Shown: one piece after another, positions 12,941 to 25,564 of the stretch | Position numbering within the stretch: the first letter of the stretch is position 1 | How the letters are laid out: each line of letters begins with the position of its first letter | NCBI GenBank assembly: GCA_002269645.1 | Contig: NIVC01003151.1 | Location: 34,468 to 98,467 of the forward strand | Source: Macrostomum lignano | Taxonomy: Eukaryota | Length of the DNA stretch: 64,000 bases | Reading direction: 5' to 3' | The notes under the pieces: model-generated | Told to the model about the DNA's origin: nothing | The model's input: the letters and a program-made list of their open reading frames with translations, nothing else | Database searches by the model: none | Position numbers and translations under genes: made by a program

Positions 12941-15900
12941 CTACAACCAGCGGTCTTCGGCATTTTCATCCGGCAGGGTCTTTGCCTTTGACGAGTAAAA
13001 CAGCGGCTGAGGCTGCGGCTGCTCGGCGTCAAAGGTGCTCAATAGGGTCAGGGTATAGTTGATGAAGGCGGCGTGGCGCAGAATCTTCACGTGCTCGGCG
13101 CCGTCAATTACAAAGCTGCGAACCTGCGGGTGACACGTTGAAGAGGGAATGACGTGACCAAGCAAATGGGTAGGTGCAGGCTACTCAAGCATCTGGGTAG
13201 ATAGGGTGGAGGCTACTCAAGCATCTGGGTCGATAAGGTGGAGGCTACTCAAGCATCTGGGTCGATAAGGTGGAGGCTACTCAAGTATCAGAGTAGATAG
13301 GGTGGAGGCTACTCAAGCATCAGGGTAGATAGGGTGGAGGCTACTCAAGCATCTGGGTAGATAGGCTGGAGGATACTCAAGCATCTGGGTAGATAAGGTG
13401 GAGGCTACTGAAGCATCTGGGTAGATAGGGTGGAGGCTACTCAAGCATCTGGGTAGATAGGGTGGAGGCTAACTCAAGCATCTGGGTAGATAGGGTGGAG
13501 GCTACTCAAGCATCTGGGTAGATAGGCTGGAGGCTACTCAAGCATCTGGGTAGATAGGGTGGAGGCTACTCAAGCATCTGGGTAGATAAGGTGGAGGCTA
13601 ACTCAAGCATCTGGGTAGATAGGGTGGAGGCTAACTCAAGCATCTGGGTAGATAGGCTGCAGGCTACTCAAGCATCTGGGTAGATAGGCTGGAGGCTACT
13701 CAAGCATCTGGGTAGATAAGGTGGAGGCTAACTCAAGCATCTGGGTAGATAGGGTGGAGGCTAACTCAAGCATCTGGGTAGATAGGCTGCAGGCTACTCA
13801 AGCATCTGGGTAGATAGGCTGGAGGCTACTCAAGCATCTGGGTAGGCAGGTAGGTTGATCATCCCGATCCCTCAGCTCTCACCGGCTGCTTCTGAACACC
13901 CGACCAGAACTTGACGCAGGCCCGCAGGCTTCGCTCGTTGACCGTGCCGTCACCGTTGTCATTGACAATGCCCGGCTGGCTATCGGCCCACCCGGGCTCG
14001 TCGCTGGTCCACACGAATCGGCCCGGGGTCGGCAGCCCGTCGCCGTGGACGCAGTGAACCTCAACGCCGGGCGGTTTCGTCGCGTCAAAGTCGGTCAGAG
14101 ACGCCAGCCGCATGGCCAGGCCCTCGGAAAGCCGATGTCAGCAAAGAATTCCGCATAGTTCGAGGAGCTGTAGTTGCGGCCCGGCCGGCTGGCAAAGGGC
14201 TCGCCAGGCGGCCAAAGGGGCGCCTGCGGCATCAGGAATGCCGAAGAGGTGAAGGAGCGCTGCAGCGGCCGGATCTGCGCAGATTTACAGGCGGGGTGCG
14301 GTGGCACCGTGTGGGAATCGGGAATCTGTCATAGACTGGTGACTAACTATGACTCATGGAAATGGTTGGCATCTTATGCTCACAGACAAGTACATCATAG
14401 CTACAGACAGGTACATCATAGCCACAGACAGGTACCTCATAGACACAGACAGGTACTTCATAGCCACAGACAGGTACATCATAGCCACAGACAGGTACCT
14501 CATAGCCACAGACAGGTACCTCATAGCCACAGACAGGTACCTCATAGCCACAGACAGGTACATCATAGCTACAGACAGGTACATCATAGCTACAGACAGG
14601 TACCTCATAGACACAGACAGGTACTTCATAGCCACAGACAGGTACATCATAGCCACAGACAGGTACCTCATAGACACAGACAGGTACCTCATAGCTACAG
14701 ACAGGTACCTCATAGACACAGACAGGTACTTCATAGCCACAGACAGGTACATCATAGCCACAGACAGGTACCTCATAGACACAGACAGGTACCTCATAGA
14801 CACAGACAGGTAACTCATAGCCACAGACAGGTACCTCATAGACACAGACAGGTACCTCATAGCTACAGACAGGTACCTCATAGCTACAGACAGGTACCTC
14901 ATAGCCACAGACAGGTACCTCATAGACACAGACAGGTACCTAATCGCCATAGACAAGTACTTCAGACCAGATACAAACGCATAAATGTAAGCCATCAGCA
15001 CATCATTAGTTCAACAGCTGGTGCGCCTCATTAGTAAACCGTAATCAACCAAGACTCACCGTGAGCGGCTTTTCAAATGGAATGTTGAGCGAATCGCCGC
15101 TGGACACCACTCGCACAGTTTTCACGCGCCACCCAGCGGCGCCCCCACGGCCAGAAGCGCGCGAATATGGCGCCGTTTCCAATCGGCCGATTGGTGCTGC
15201 AGAAAGCGCAGAGCCATAATGTTGCCGTAGCTGTGGGCCACCAGCAGTGCGGGCCTGTTGCCGTTGTCCCGGCAGGTGGACTCGATCAGCTGCAGCAAGT
15301 TCGAGTCGAAATTTTCCACGTCCAAATCCGGCGGCGAACGGCGAAAGTCGAACGGGACGCCTCGGACTGACACGTTTCTAGTGTAGCCCAGCTGCGAATG
15401 GCGAGAGATTGTGCGCGACTCTGTTAGTGCTTGGGAGGCCGCGAGCAGAGGAACAGAGGATTGTAGTCTAGTGGTCAGAGCGTCGGACTCACGACTTGAA
15501 GGTCGGGGGTTCGATTCCCCATTCCACTCGGAACAATCTGTGTCCTTAAGCAAGACACTTAAATCTTAATTTCTTCAGTTCCCCCAGCTGTAAAATGGGT
15601 GCCAGCATTAGCTGGGGTAATTGAGGGTGTGTGGCGACCCCCCCCCCCCCCAGACCCAGTCATTGGACTGAACAGCCGTACGCAGCCTTCAGATGCGCCG
15701 CGCAATAGCTGCGGCTGAGCAGTCGGCTGCACATCTGGCAGGTGTAATCAATTGTTATTTATTATCTGTTGCAGGCAACACTAGCGCCTGTCATTATCAT
15801 GTTAGATATAGATACTCGCAGTAGGGCTGCAGGCACCCTGTTGCAACGCCTTTGGCGACATCGTCACACAGCCAGCGCTGAGGCAATTCCGCTCATTCCA

Positions 15901-16560
15901 CTCATTTTAGCGCCGCAGGCACTCATTTTAGCGCCGCAGGAACTCATTTTGGCGCCGCAGGAACTCATTTTAGCGCCACAGGCACTCATTTTGGCGCCGC
16001 AGGCACTCATTTTGGCGCCGCAGGCACTCATTTTGGCGCCGCAGGCACTCATTTTGGTATAGCGGATTGTGGCATAGCGGCATAATTAAGTGAAAAATTC
16101 CCACCTGCTTGGTCAGAGCGGCCACCAGGCCACTGAAATAAGCGCTAGCGGAGATCCTGGACACATCGAAGTACTCCACTGCGGCTGTGTCGCCATAGTT
16201 TGGCACCCGGATGCTCACGTTCGGCGCATTGTGGCTGATGTTGGTGACGTTGTCAAAATGCAATCGGAAGTTGTCAACAAAACAGTCGATAGTGAAATAA
16301 GTGAGCAGCTCGAGGTTCAGCCAGATGGGAAAATAATCCTTGGTAGTCTTGGAGCACCAGTAGTGTGGCACCCAGGGCTTGCCGTCGAGTCTGGCCTCAA
16401 CCTGGCTGCCGCCATCGCCTGGGATGAGAATCACTGGAGTCTTGGCAGCGGCAGCAACAATGGGCAGTGCTGGTTGCGCAATAGCCAGTGCCAATAGCAG
16501 CAATGCTGCAGGCAGGGAGCAGAGGCTTGAGCCAGATTTGTGCCAAGTGTGCACAAGCAT
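12941..16560 (-). CDS. PLA2G15: Lysosomal phospholipase A2 / LCAT-family lipase (two apparent 1-nt deletions)
   Basis: Exons 16560-16105, 15391-15060, 14274-13883, 13123-12941. Signal-peptide-like N-terminus, PVILIPGDGGSQVEA, nucleophile AHSYG, GDGTV (Asp), AEH (His). The frame breaks at about 15125 and about 14125; restoring 1 nt at each gives about 454 aa. Confidence 0.88.
13180..13845 (+). repeat. 32-bp minisatellite in PLA2G15 intron 3
   Basis: Tandem GGGTAGATAGGGTGGAGGCTACTCAAGCATCT. Confidence 0.95.
14380..14940 (+). repeat. 21-bp minisatellite in PLA2G15 intron 2
   Basis: Tandem ACAGACAGGTAC(C/A/T)TCATAG(C/A)(C/T). Confidence 0.95.
15456..15765 (+). mobile_element. tRNA-derived SINE with CORE-like central domain (PLA2G15 intron 1, antisense to host)
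   Basis: A-box TAGTCTAGTGG (15464-15474) and B-box GGTTCGATTCC (15508-15518). These are followed by TGTGTCCTTAAGCAAGACACTTAA...CAGCTGTAAAATGGG (MIR/CORE-like), a GC hairpin and a TTATT tail. No TSD found. Confidence 0.75.
15900..16037 (+). repeat. 21-bp minisatellite in PLA2G15 intron 1
   Basis: GGCACTCATTTT(G/A)GCGCCGCA about 7 copies. Confidence 0.95.
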
Positions 16561-19500
16561 GTCAGCTGTCTGAAGAACCAGTTTTGTAAACAATGGTGAT
16601 TGTGTGACAGTAAGATCTTGTTTGTATTAGAGACAGGGGGCTGAGAGCAACCTGGCACACTTTAAGCAACATTGCCTAACTACCAACTCCACTGAGCAAA
16701 CAATCTTTCAATTTAATTAAACTTATATTATTTTAATATATACTTATTATTATAAGTATATATCTGCTTTTCAAATTAAATTTCCTATATAAATTTTGCA
16801 CTGTCTTTCTGTAATTGATTTTTTGAGAACCATCTAGTCAATTTTTATTTCAAATTAGCTTTAAAAAATTTAATTCCTTGGCAGTCATGCATAACTTTTT
16901 TCATTGAAAAATTTGAATTCGAAATGGTTCAAATATAAAAAATGACATTTTAATGCTTTCAATTGGCAATCTATTTGAATTTTGCATTTGAATGCCCACA
17001 ATGGGGAGCTCAATGTGCTGGTAAAAACTAAATGCATTTCATAGAAAAATGAAAACATAACTAACTTTATACAATAGTCAAGGTGGTATATGCATGCTAG
17101 AATGCATTTTAGGCAAAAGACCCCATTTACATCAAATGTATGGCAATTTTTAAGCTGCCTTTGATTCACTATACCAGGAGCCAAAATATATAGTTCTAAG
17201 CCCTAATAGGTTTTTTTAGATTCCAACTTTTTACATTGGTATAAAATCATGTTTTTAATTAGATTGGACTTCATTTCATATACTTTCTCATACTTTTATA
17301 CTTTCTCATTTTCTCATAGTCATATGTACATCTATAGCAATATCTTATTTTCCTATAGCCTATCTATATTGAAATCTATAGCTAATAAACTTAAACTATC
17401 TATAACTATTTGTAAACTTTCTTGTATAGTTGCAATATGCCACCTCTCACTATTAGCTATTATAGGCTATAATAGTTATAAATAGTGTTTTGCCAAATGC
17501 ATTTGCGGCACTTTACATATCAATTTGATTGCCTTTTGACTGTTTTCTCTCTTCTCTCTTCTCTTCTTTGCCCTTTTTATCTTCACTTTCTACTCTCCCC
17601 TCTTTTCTTTACCATCTTTTTTTCTCTATCTCTTTTCTTTCCCCTTTTCTTCTCATATCTCTTCTTAGAATATTTAAGTAACAAAAGTAACAACTACTGT
17701 TACTTTATAATTAAAGTAATAAAATCTCTAATTCTTACCAAAATCTATGAGAGCAGTGGCTTGCTTATCAGTTGGTTTCTAAGAAGTCTCCTTTGCAATC
17801 TAGCCTTGTTTGATAGTGGCAAATGCTAGGTGGTTTCCCCATTGGCTTCAATTCTCTTAACTTAAGCCTTTAATATCCTGACCCCAGGGACTTAAGACCT
17901 TCCCCTATATTGAAAGTGAAAACATTCATCTTAACATTAATCCCTATCACCTAGCCATATCTTGCATTTGGCATTGAAACTATTTATTGCTTAAGTCCCC
18001 AAATCTATATAAGGATTTAAGTCTAAGAGCTAGATGTTAGATAGGATCCTAATCCAATCTAATAACCTTAATCCCATCTGACCTATATTAAGAGCTCCCC
18101 TTTGAAATTGAAAACACCTTGGGTATGGCATTGAAAATCTCTATTGCTTAAGTCCTAAATTCCAAGGACTTTGAAACTGGCAATATTTATTCACTTTTAT
18201 TATCCTACCCCTATCAGTCAAACCAATAGCTCAATGGCCTTTTAATTCTCAGTTGGGTAGCATAACTAGATATAAGAATTAGATATAAAAAGATAAACTG
18301 GATATAACTGAAAATTAAGTAATAGGCCTAAATGATAATTTAATCATTATCCAAAATTGATATATATATATACAAGTGCTAATTTATAAAAGAGGTACTG
18401 GAATCATTAGTTAAACTAATGCTTGAAATCTTATGTAAATAACTTTTGCCAATTGGTTTTTTTTACAAAAGTACTGTTAAGCCAAGCCAATAATATGAAT
18501 GTAACCCTAGTGTCTTGTGTATATAAAAATAAGTAGCATAACCGCATCGTAAGCCCTTGAGCTATTCAAGAACATAGGGGGGGGGGGGATTGAAAAGATA
18601 AAAAGGATTACGATTTTTAATGACAGTAAAGTTGAATTTTAAAGTACATTTTTGATCTTATATTGTGATTCAGGATTTCACGTTCACGCCTACTTGAAAT
18701 TAACAATAAATTACAAGGAACTTAAGTAATTCAAATTTTAATTGTATCCATCGTGACCAATCGTCGACATTTGATTTGACGCAAAATATAAATTCATGTC
18801 GCATTATCGCAATCATAATTGTGAATTTTATTTTACTTTTTAACACGTAATGTCGTTTCACTGATTGCATGAAACAAAATGCATACAGAAAGAACTGTGC
18901 TTAAATTTTTCTGTAACGATATTAAAAGTCCTGATCACTCAGTGGTTTGTCCGAGTCCTGCCCTGAAGCGGCGCGACATTAGAGATTAATGCGCGACCAT
19001 AGAATATAGATTATCTGATATCTTGTACAATTTTTAACTGAACAAAAGCTAACATATAACACTAACTACCAACGAAAGTTAGCTCAAAATGGAACAGTTT
19101 TCCTTTTCTTGAAATCTCATCTCATCAAATCTTAATCTTCTGAATTCTTAAACTAGGCTGCTATAGTGCTATTTTTTATTTTTACTATTTTTTGGCTTGT
19201 GTTATCGTTTTTTGTGACCGTATAACTAGCAAAATGTTTATTCAATAGTAGTCTAGGGCCTAGTCAATGTAACAGTGTCAGTATAAGTTATAAGTAGCCC
19301 TATAAAAGCGAAGTGAAACTTATGTCTATCCTGTAGTTTCGTAGGCCTACATTAAATTATTTTTGTTGAAAATAAAAACTTTAAGTAACTTTAAGCTTAG
19401 GCCCTAATAAGTGACAGAATAGATAGGGTCTAATAAGGAACAAATATAACATGTTCAATGAAAATAATTTTATTAATTTTATGTCCAAAACTATAACATT

Positions 19501-20690
19501 GCCTAGTCAAACTTATTTTTATAGGCCTAGTCACTATTAGGCCTGAGTAGCAAAAAAGCTACCATATTTTTATGGTAACTTTGTAAAGGCTAAGTTTAAG
19601 TTAAGGCCTAGAACAATCACAGCCATAGAAGAAAAGGGGAGAGAGGCCAGACAGACAATAAACCAAAAGCAAGCTTAGCAAAGAAGCTCAGACATTGGGA
19701 AGATGGAGGAACCAAAAAAAGGGGGCAAGGGAGAAAATGCAGACAGCCAAAAGGACAAATGGGCCAAGAAAAAGGAGAGGGAAAGAGGCAAGGGAGAGGA
19801 GAAGGAAAGAGTAAGGGAGAGGGAAAGAAAGAGGGAGAGCTGCGACCAGTGGCAATCAACAGCTCAAAGGGCACAGGGAACTGCTGACAAAAGTGGGCAC
19901 CTAATACTATTGACTAAACTAGTGCTCACTTCATTTATTTTCTAAATTTAATAGCCTCTTAGTCTTATTGTTTAGGCACTCATTATTTATATGAAAGTAT
20001 GACTAGATATTGCTAGCCATAATCTAGAAGGTGGCCTTTATGCCAGAATTTTCTAGAGTATTTTTGCTCTCACTGACAATCTTGGCATATAGAATAGCCT
20101 ATGCCTATTCAGGTTCAACATGAAGTGTACACAGTTGGCATACAAAAAATAGCCAAGTTCAAGAAAAAGTGGCATATAAACTATTTTAGTCTTAGTGTAA
20201 AAAATTTTTAATTATATGTCGGCATACAATTGAAAAAACATGAATTTTCATTCTGGTATATGCCTGCCATGATCCAGACTATAGATTGCTAAGTATTGCA
20301 TAGTATTGTATAAATATTTTTGGAAGTTATTTGCAGTGTTGAGCACTAGTCTATTAATAAGCATTAAGATTTTTCATTAACATTAATATGTAGCAATAGT
20401 TGATGAAGATAAAGAGCAAAGGTGGTGGCTCTGTGTTTGCTGAATAAACAGAATCACTTAAAGAGTTGAAGTACTTAGGTTACATTTATTTATAGTATTG
20501 AACTGAGTATAACCAGAAATTTCTAGAAGTTTCGTTAGTTACAACAAAATTAAATATTTTAAATGCTATTACGTAATACTACCGTACAAATGCATTAATA
20601 AATATGACCACAATAAATTTTATACTTAATATTAAGCAGTAAAACTAACATTTAAATAAACTAAAGGAAATTTCTGGAATCTGACAAGAA

Positions 20691-21536
20691 GTTATAATAG
20701 CATTCTTTTGGTTTATGTTCACCCCAAACAGTGACAATCACCTTAAACAGTGACAATCACTACAAAAAACAGTTTTAAGACATAAAATACATAGTTTCCA
20801 ATGAAACAAAATCAAATGTTTGAAAACCTTCTTTGTTTATTTCAAAAGATAGTAAGATTGTTGTAGCACCTTATATTTCACCCTTCAGTTTACAATCATC
20901 CAAACATATGTTGCCCATTGAAATGATCGTGAACTAAAGCTAGCAGTAAGAAAACCTGTCAAACTAATTTCAACTGTCAAGTTGCAAGTTTAAGCTACGG
21001 TAGCCTATATATTTCACCTTTGGTTTATGATCACCCAAATGTATGTTGCCTATTAAAATGATCATGAACCAAAGCTGGCTGTAAAAAAGTGTACTGATGG
21101 TTGACATGCTTTCCTATAGCCAGCTTTGGTTCACGATCATTTCAATGGAGTGCATGTATAGAAGTGATCGTAAACTGAAAGTGGGGAGGGTGCGGTGCTG
21201 AAGATTAATTATACTAAGCTAGGGTTGACATGCTTTCCTACAGCCAGCTTTGGATGATCGTAAACCAAAGGTGATATATATAAGCTACTAGTGAACCAAT
21301 GTACAATCTTTTCAATCTCAAATAAACAAAGTTAGTTGATCAGCTCCAACTTTTGCTCTCTTTTCATTTGAAACTACTATTGGTTTTTATGTCTTAGTTT
21401 TGAACACACCATTTTTGCACTGCAATAAGCAAAATATAAGGTGATCATAAATCAAAACTAGAAAAATAGAAGGTGATCCTAAACCAAAACTGGCAAAATA
21501 GATGGTGATTGTAAACCAAAGGATTGCTGTTATAAC
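20691..21536. mobile_element. Foldback/MITE-like palindromic element
   Basis: Imperfect terminal inverted repeats GTTATAATAGCATTCTTTTGGTTTA / TAAACCAAAGGATTGCTGTTATAAC. Internal arms are also inverted (TAAGACATAAAA...GTTTCCAATG vs CATTTGAAAC...TTTTATGTCTTA), with many (G)ATC(A/G)T(A/G)AACCAAA motifs. Confidence 0.6.
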
Positions 21537-24500
21537 ATTACAAATGTATTCAAATTTACTTAAATGCCTAATTAATCTTTTGGTTTATGACAATTATCAT
21601 GCAGATGTAACAACTTCTTACTAATAAACTTTAATAATGAATTAAAATTGTAAACTTTATTGCTTATGCATGAGCATCAATTGCTTTGATTAACTTCTTT
21701 GCCAATCTTTCGTAACTTTCTGCTGCGCTTACTAATGCTACTGAAACAACCTTCCTATTCATATCTTATTATTAACTAATTAGCTTTTAAGTTTCAAATA
21801 AATAAGTTACTTTTGTTTACTGTATGCTTACTTTTAGTAGTATTATGCTTATAAGTTTCAACTATTATTATTATTTGTTATTTTTAGCTTGTAAATTGCA
21901 TGGATAAACTCTATGTTCTACTAAAGATGGAAAAGTGGAAGCAGTATATTATGAAGTCTGTTTTGAAAAAAAGTGCAATATTTCTATATTTTTTGTGGTA
22001 ACTTTAATGGATTAATGCTTATTAATGATTATCAATTAATTTTCAGTAAACTTAATAAAATTAAGAGTTAAAAAGTTACACATTAAAGTTACAATTAAGA
22101 TTTTTTCATTCTAATGCTAACACTTTTGCCATTAACGGAAGTTAAGATTTTCATTAATGGTGCCCAACACTGGTTATTTGCATGATATGGCCTAATTTGT
22201 GGCATGCATGAGGGTTTTTGACCCTAGTGTTATACCATAGTTCAGAAGGTAACATGTACGTCAGGATATCCTGGCATACAACAAGGGTCTTATCATTTTT
22301 TAGTGTATATCAGGTTATATCCCAGCATACATGACATAGCAGATATATTGTGTCAAATAACAATTTTTTTGTATTGGCATACAAACCTAACATACAAACA
22401 AGGTCTCATCATTTTTCCAGCATTAAACCCAGTATATACTAATAGATGATCTGAACTATGGGCACCTACTGTGTATTACTGCATGCAATAAGACTTTGTA
22501 TATAGCTAATAAAATTTACAAAGTTTTTTACAAACTTATAAACTTAATAAACTTAATTAAACTTAATTTACAAAATCAATAAAAATTTTTGGCATGTAGC
22601 TGTGTGCAAAATGGATTCAGAAATAAAACATAGGTTTGGATTTGGCTGGACTGTAGAAATTTGGAATTGGTAATGTCTTAATTTAATTTTTTTAATAAGT
22701 AATTACACTTACAAAATTTTTTTAAATACAAAAATAATTTTTTATTTCTTTCACAGCAAAATTAAAGACTAAAAAGTAATCCAATCCATGGAAAATAATG
22801 AATTTAAATTGTTTAAATAGGCTTTGCTGCTTTTACTTAATAAGCAAAGTGCTAAAAATACAAGCAAATTTTCAATTTTAACTTCTGCTGGTCTCTGATA
22901 TGGCACGCAGTGCAGATAAGGCCCTTGGTGTATGGTGTGTAATGCGCATGAGATTTCCAAATAATCTTGGTGTATGGCATTCAAGGTTAAAAAGTTTCAT
23001 GGTATGCATGGAATATCTTTGAGACTTTAGGGTACAGTGTAAAGAACAAGTGCTGCTCTAATTGTATAGAGTTTTATTGGATCCATGTGAATTGCCCATA
23101 GACGAATTGCCCACCAAGATTTGCCCATAGGAGATTTGCCCACAGTGCATTTTCCCATGAGCAAATTGCCCATGGGGCTCTTGGGTCCACTGGCAGTTAC
23201 ACATGGGCTTTGTTGCACAATGCAACTAAGTAAAATAATAAAAACCTAGTCAGTGGTAGCCCACTACTACAACTAGACCCTCTATCAAAAGGGAAAAAAC
23301 AATGTTATAAACTTCAAATTTATGCTAGGTCAACTGGCCAAAGCCCATGTGTAAATAGATTATAAGTATTACAAAATGTTTCAAATACAATCAATATTAA
23401 TACTTATAATATAGTTTTTAACCAATTTCAATGTATAATATATCATTTTTTAGTTTTTTACACTATATCTATTGATGAGAATAAATCTATTACAAATAGA
23501 ATAGCTTTAATAAAACATTTGCTACAATACTTTTAAAAGTTAGTCTTAGACCTGTAGTCAGGATCATGTTATACATATGCTAGAATTTCCCCAAAAATAT
23601 TTTCAATTGTATGCCAAGTATATCAGCCAAAATGCACTAGAGTGCTGGGTTTTACCCATAGTAAGTCTGGAATCTCCTAACTTGAGCATGGGCCTAAATA
23701 TAAACATTTATATAAATTGAAAAAAAATACAAACATTTTTTATAAAGCTGTTTTTTTCTTATAGAATTACAACATACTTGCAAAATAATTGTTAAATTAT
23801 ATATTTACAGCTTTATACATATTTTTTTAATAAAATTTTTAATTTTTCAAAACTACTAAAACTTTCATGACAAATGGGATTTATTATGCTTGTGTAAACA
23901 ACTATATAGTGGCATGGGGCAGCCTTTTCTAGGTTCAGAACAAGAATGTATGCACCACATAATGCATACTGTATACCAAAAATTAATTATGCAAGTTTCC
24001 ATGATAATTGGTTGAGGTATTTTTTCCTAGATATATATGCTTTCACATTAGATAAAAAAATAGATCTAAACATCCTCTATTCCTAACAAAAGTTGTTATT
24101 CTAATCCTACCAGGTTCTAAATATTTTGATTTTGTCTGACTTTCTTTATTCATGATATTGATAAAATCATTTTAACATTAGAAAAAAATATAGGTGGCTA
24201 TATTATTAACAAACCAATACAGTAAAAAACAAGAAATCCCCAGTTCTAACATAGAACAATAGAGTAGGGACTAAGCATAGAACCAGAGAATTAAAATTTA
24301 AACTTTATTGAAGACCTACATATATATCCTCGACCTTATCTGTAAAAGTTACAGTTAAAAGGTAAAAATGCTTTTTTGATTTAGCCAATTTTTTTTATCT
24401 TTAATTTTTCACTATAGGCCATACTTGTTATTTATTGTCGTGTCATGATTTATGTGTCATGAGTATTGAGGATCGGAGATAGGGGGATTACCCTCCCCAA

Positions 24501-24746
24501 ATAGCAACGATTTTTTTGAAATTTGATTTTCTAGTATATTTCTTTTAGCTCTCCCTAGGGGCAGGCTACCCCCAAAAATATTTCTAGTGTTCAATCCCCC
24601 CCCTCGAAGAAAATTTCAAACCAGATTTGGCTCACACATAGCTAAACTGGTTAGTGATGGTACAATTGCATTAATTCTCATGCATGAACTCCTGTTTCAT
24701 GTAAGAAACCGAACTATACCTGCTGCAGGGAGAGCACAGGTGGAGC

Positions 24747-25244
24747 ATGGACTTGCAAGGGACTCAGCAGGATCCAGTGAAAGCTCTCATTGAACCTGTG
24801 AAACCCTGCTGCATCTGCATTATATCTCACTATTCTCCATTGACCGAAGAAGTTGGCGATACAATCCTGTGGCTCCTGCCCGAGTGCACCGTTTTCATTG
24901 GCCGCGACGATGTCACCAAAGTGAAGGATATGGCCTGCTCAACTGTGCAAGTTGGCCTGACGCATTTCACAGTTGGTTGCAAAGCTGCTCAAGGCCAAGT
25001 GTGCAGCTGCTTTGTACTTTTAGACAACGTCGGCGAAGGCGTCTGCATTGCCAGATCGCGCGCTTTGGTATGCGGCCAGTACGATTATTTAAAACACGGC
25101 GAGTATTTTGTTCTGGGCAAGTCCAGCGCCTTCATTGTCACAGTCATCTCTAACCGGGTGGTTCTGGCCGAACTGCGCAAAAGTCTCCGCTCTGATGTGC
25201 AGGTATTGCGCGCCAAATATGGCATGGACGTGCAACAGAAATAG
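24747..25244 (+). CDS. Stand-alone FHA-like protein (PNKP/APTX/APLF-type FHA), 165 aa
   Basis: Open single-exon ORF. VFIGRDDVTKVKDMACSTVQV aligns with PNKP exon 1 VVIGRQPQFDIRDAACSRQQA in this window, and LKHGEYFVLG with LANGDALILG. Confidence 0.6.
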   Translation: MDLQGTQQDPVKALIEPVKPCCICIISHYSPLTEEVGDTILWLLPECTVFIGRDDVTKVKDMACSTVQVGLTHFTVGCKAAQGQVCSCFVLLDNVGEGVCIARSRALVCGQYDYLKHGEYFVLGKSSAFIVTVISNRVVLAELRKSLRSDVQVLRAKYGMDVQQK

Positions 25245-25564
25245 CATGGCATCTTGTGCCTATGCGCTGAACTGGGCTACTTACTAAGTAGCATGATTTG
25301 AACATCTGATTTTCCGCAAATGTATTTTTTATATGGAAAAATTTATGCATTTATGTTCTCGATACTTTTGATTTTTGATAGGAAAGCCGTGATGTTTTTA
25401 TTTGTCTATTTGATTCATTGTGTCAACGTTTTATTCATTTCTCAGCAACCTCTTATACGTAATAGGTTTTGGACTTTTATTTGCACACTAAAGGCCCTGG
25501 CTATTTTGATCTCTGCTCTGCTCTCAAAGTCTTAGGGTGAATATTTTTTGTATCATAGATTCCA

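Noticed and set aside
15118-15135. Programmed ribosomal frameshift or readthrough in PLA2G15
   Set aside because: No slippery heptamer or stimulatory structure, and a second independent 1-nt loss in the same gene points to error or decay.
15456-15530. tRNA gene
   Set aside because: A and B boxes are present but the acceptor and anticodon stems pair poorly, and it runs into a CORE-like body, so it is a SINE head.
17740-17765. About 20-nt similarity (AAAATCTATGAGAG..CAGTGGC) to 50812-50828
   Set aside because: Too short, with no flanking similarity; may be chance.
22235-22461. Small MITE bounded by CCATAGTTCAGA / TCTGAACTATGG
   Set aside because: Only a 12-bp inverted match and no TSD; insufficient support.
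16885-24500. Short ORFs in the AT-rich spacer
   Set aside because: Low-complexity or AT-biased translations with no motifs, and codon usage unlike the GC-rich real exons.
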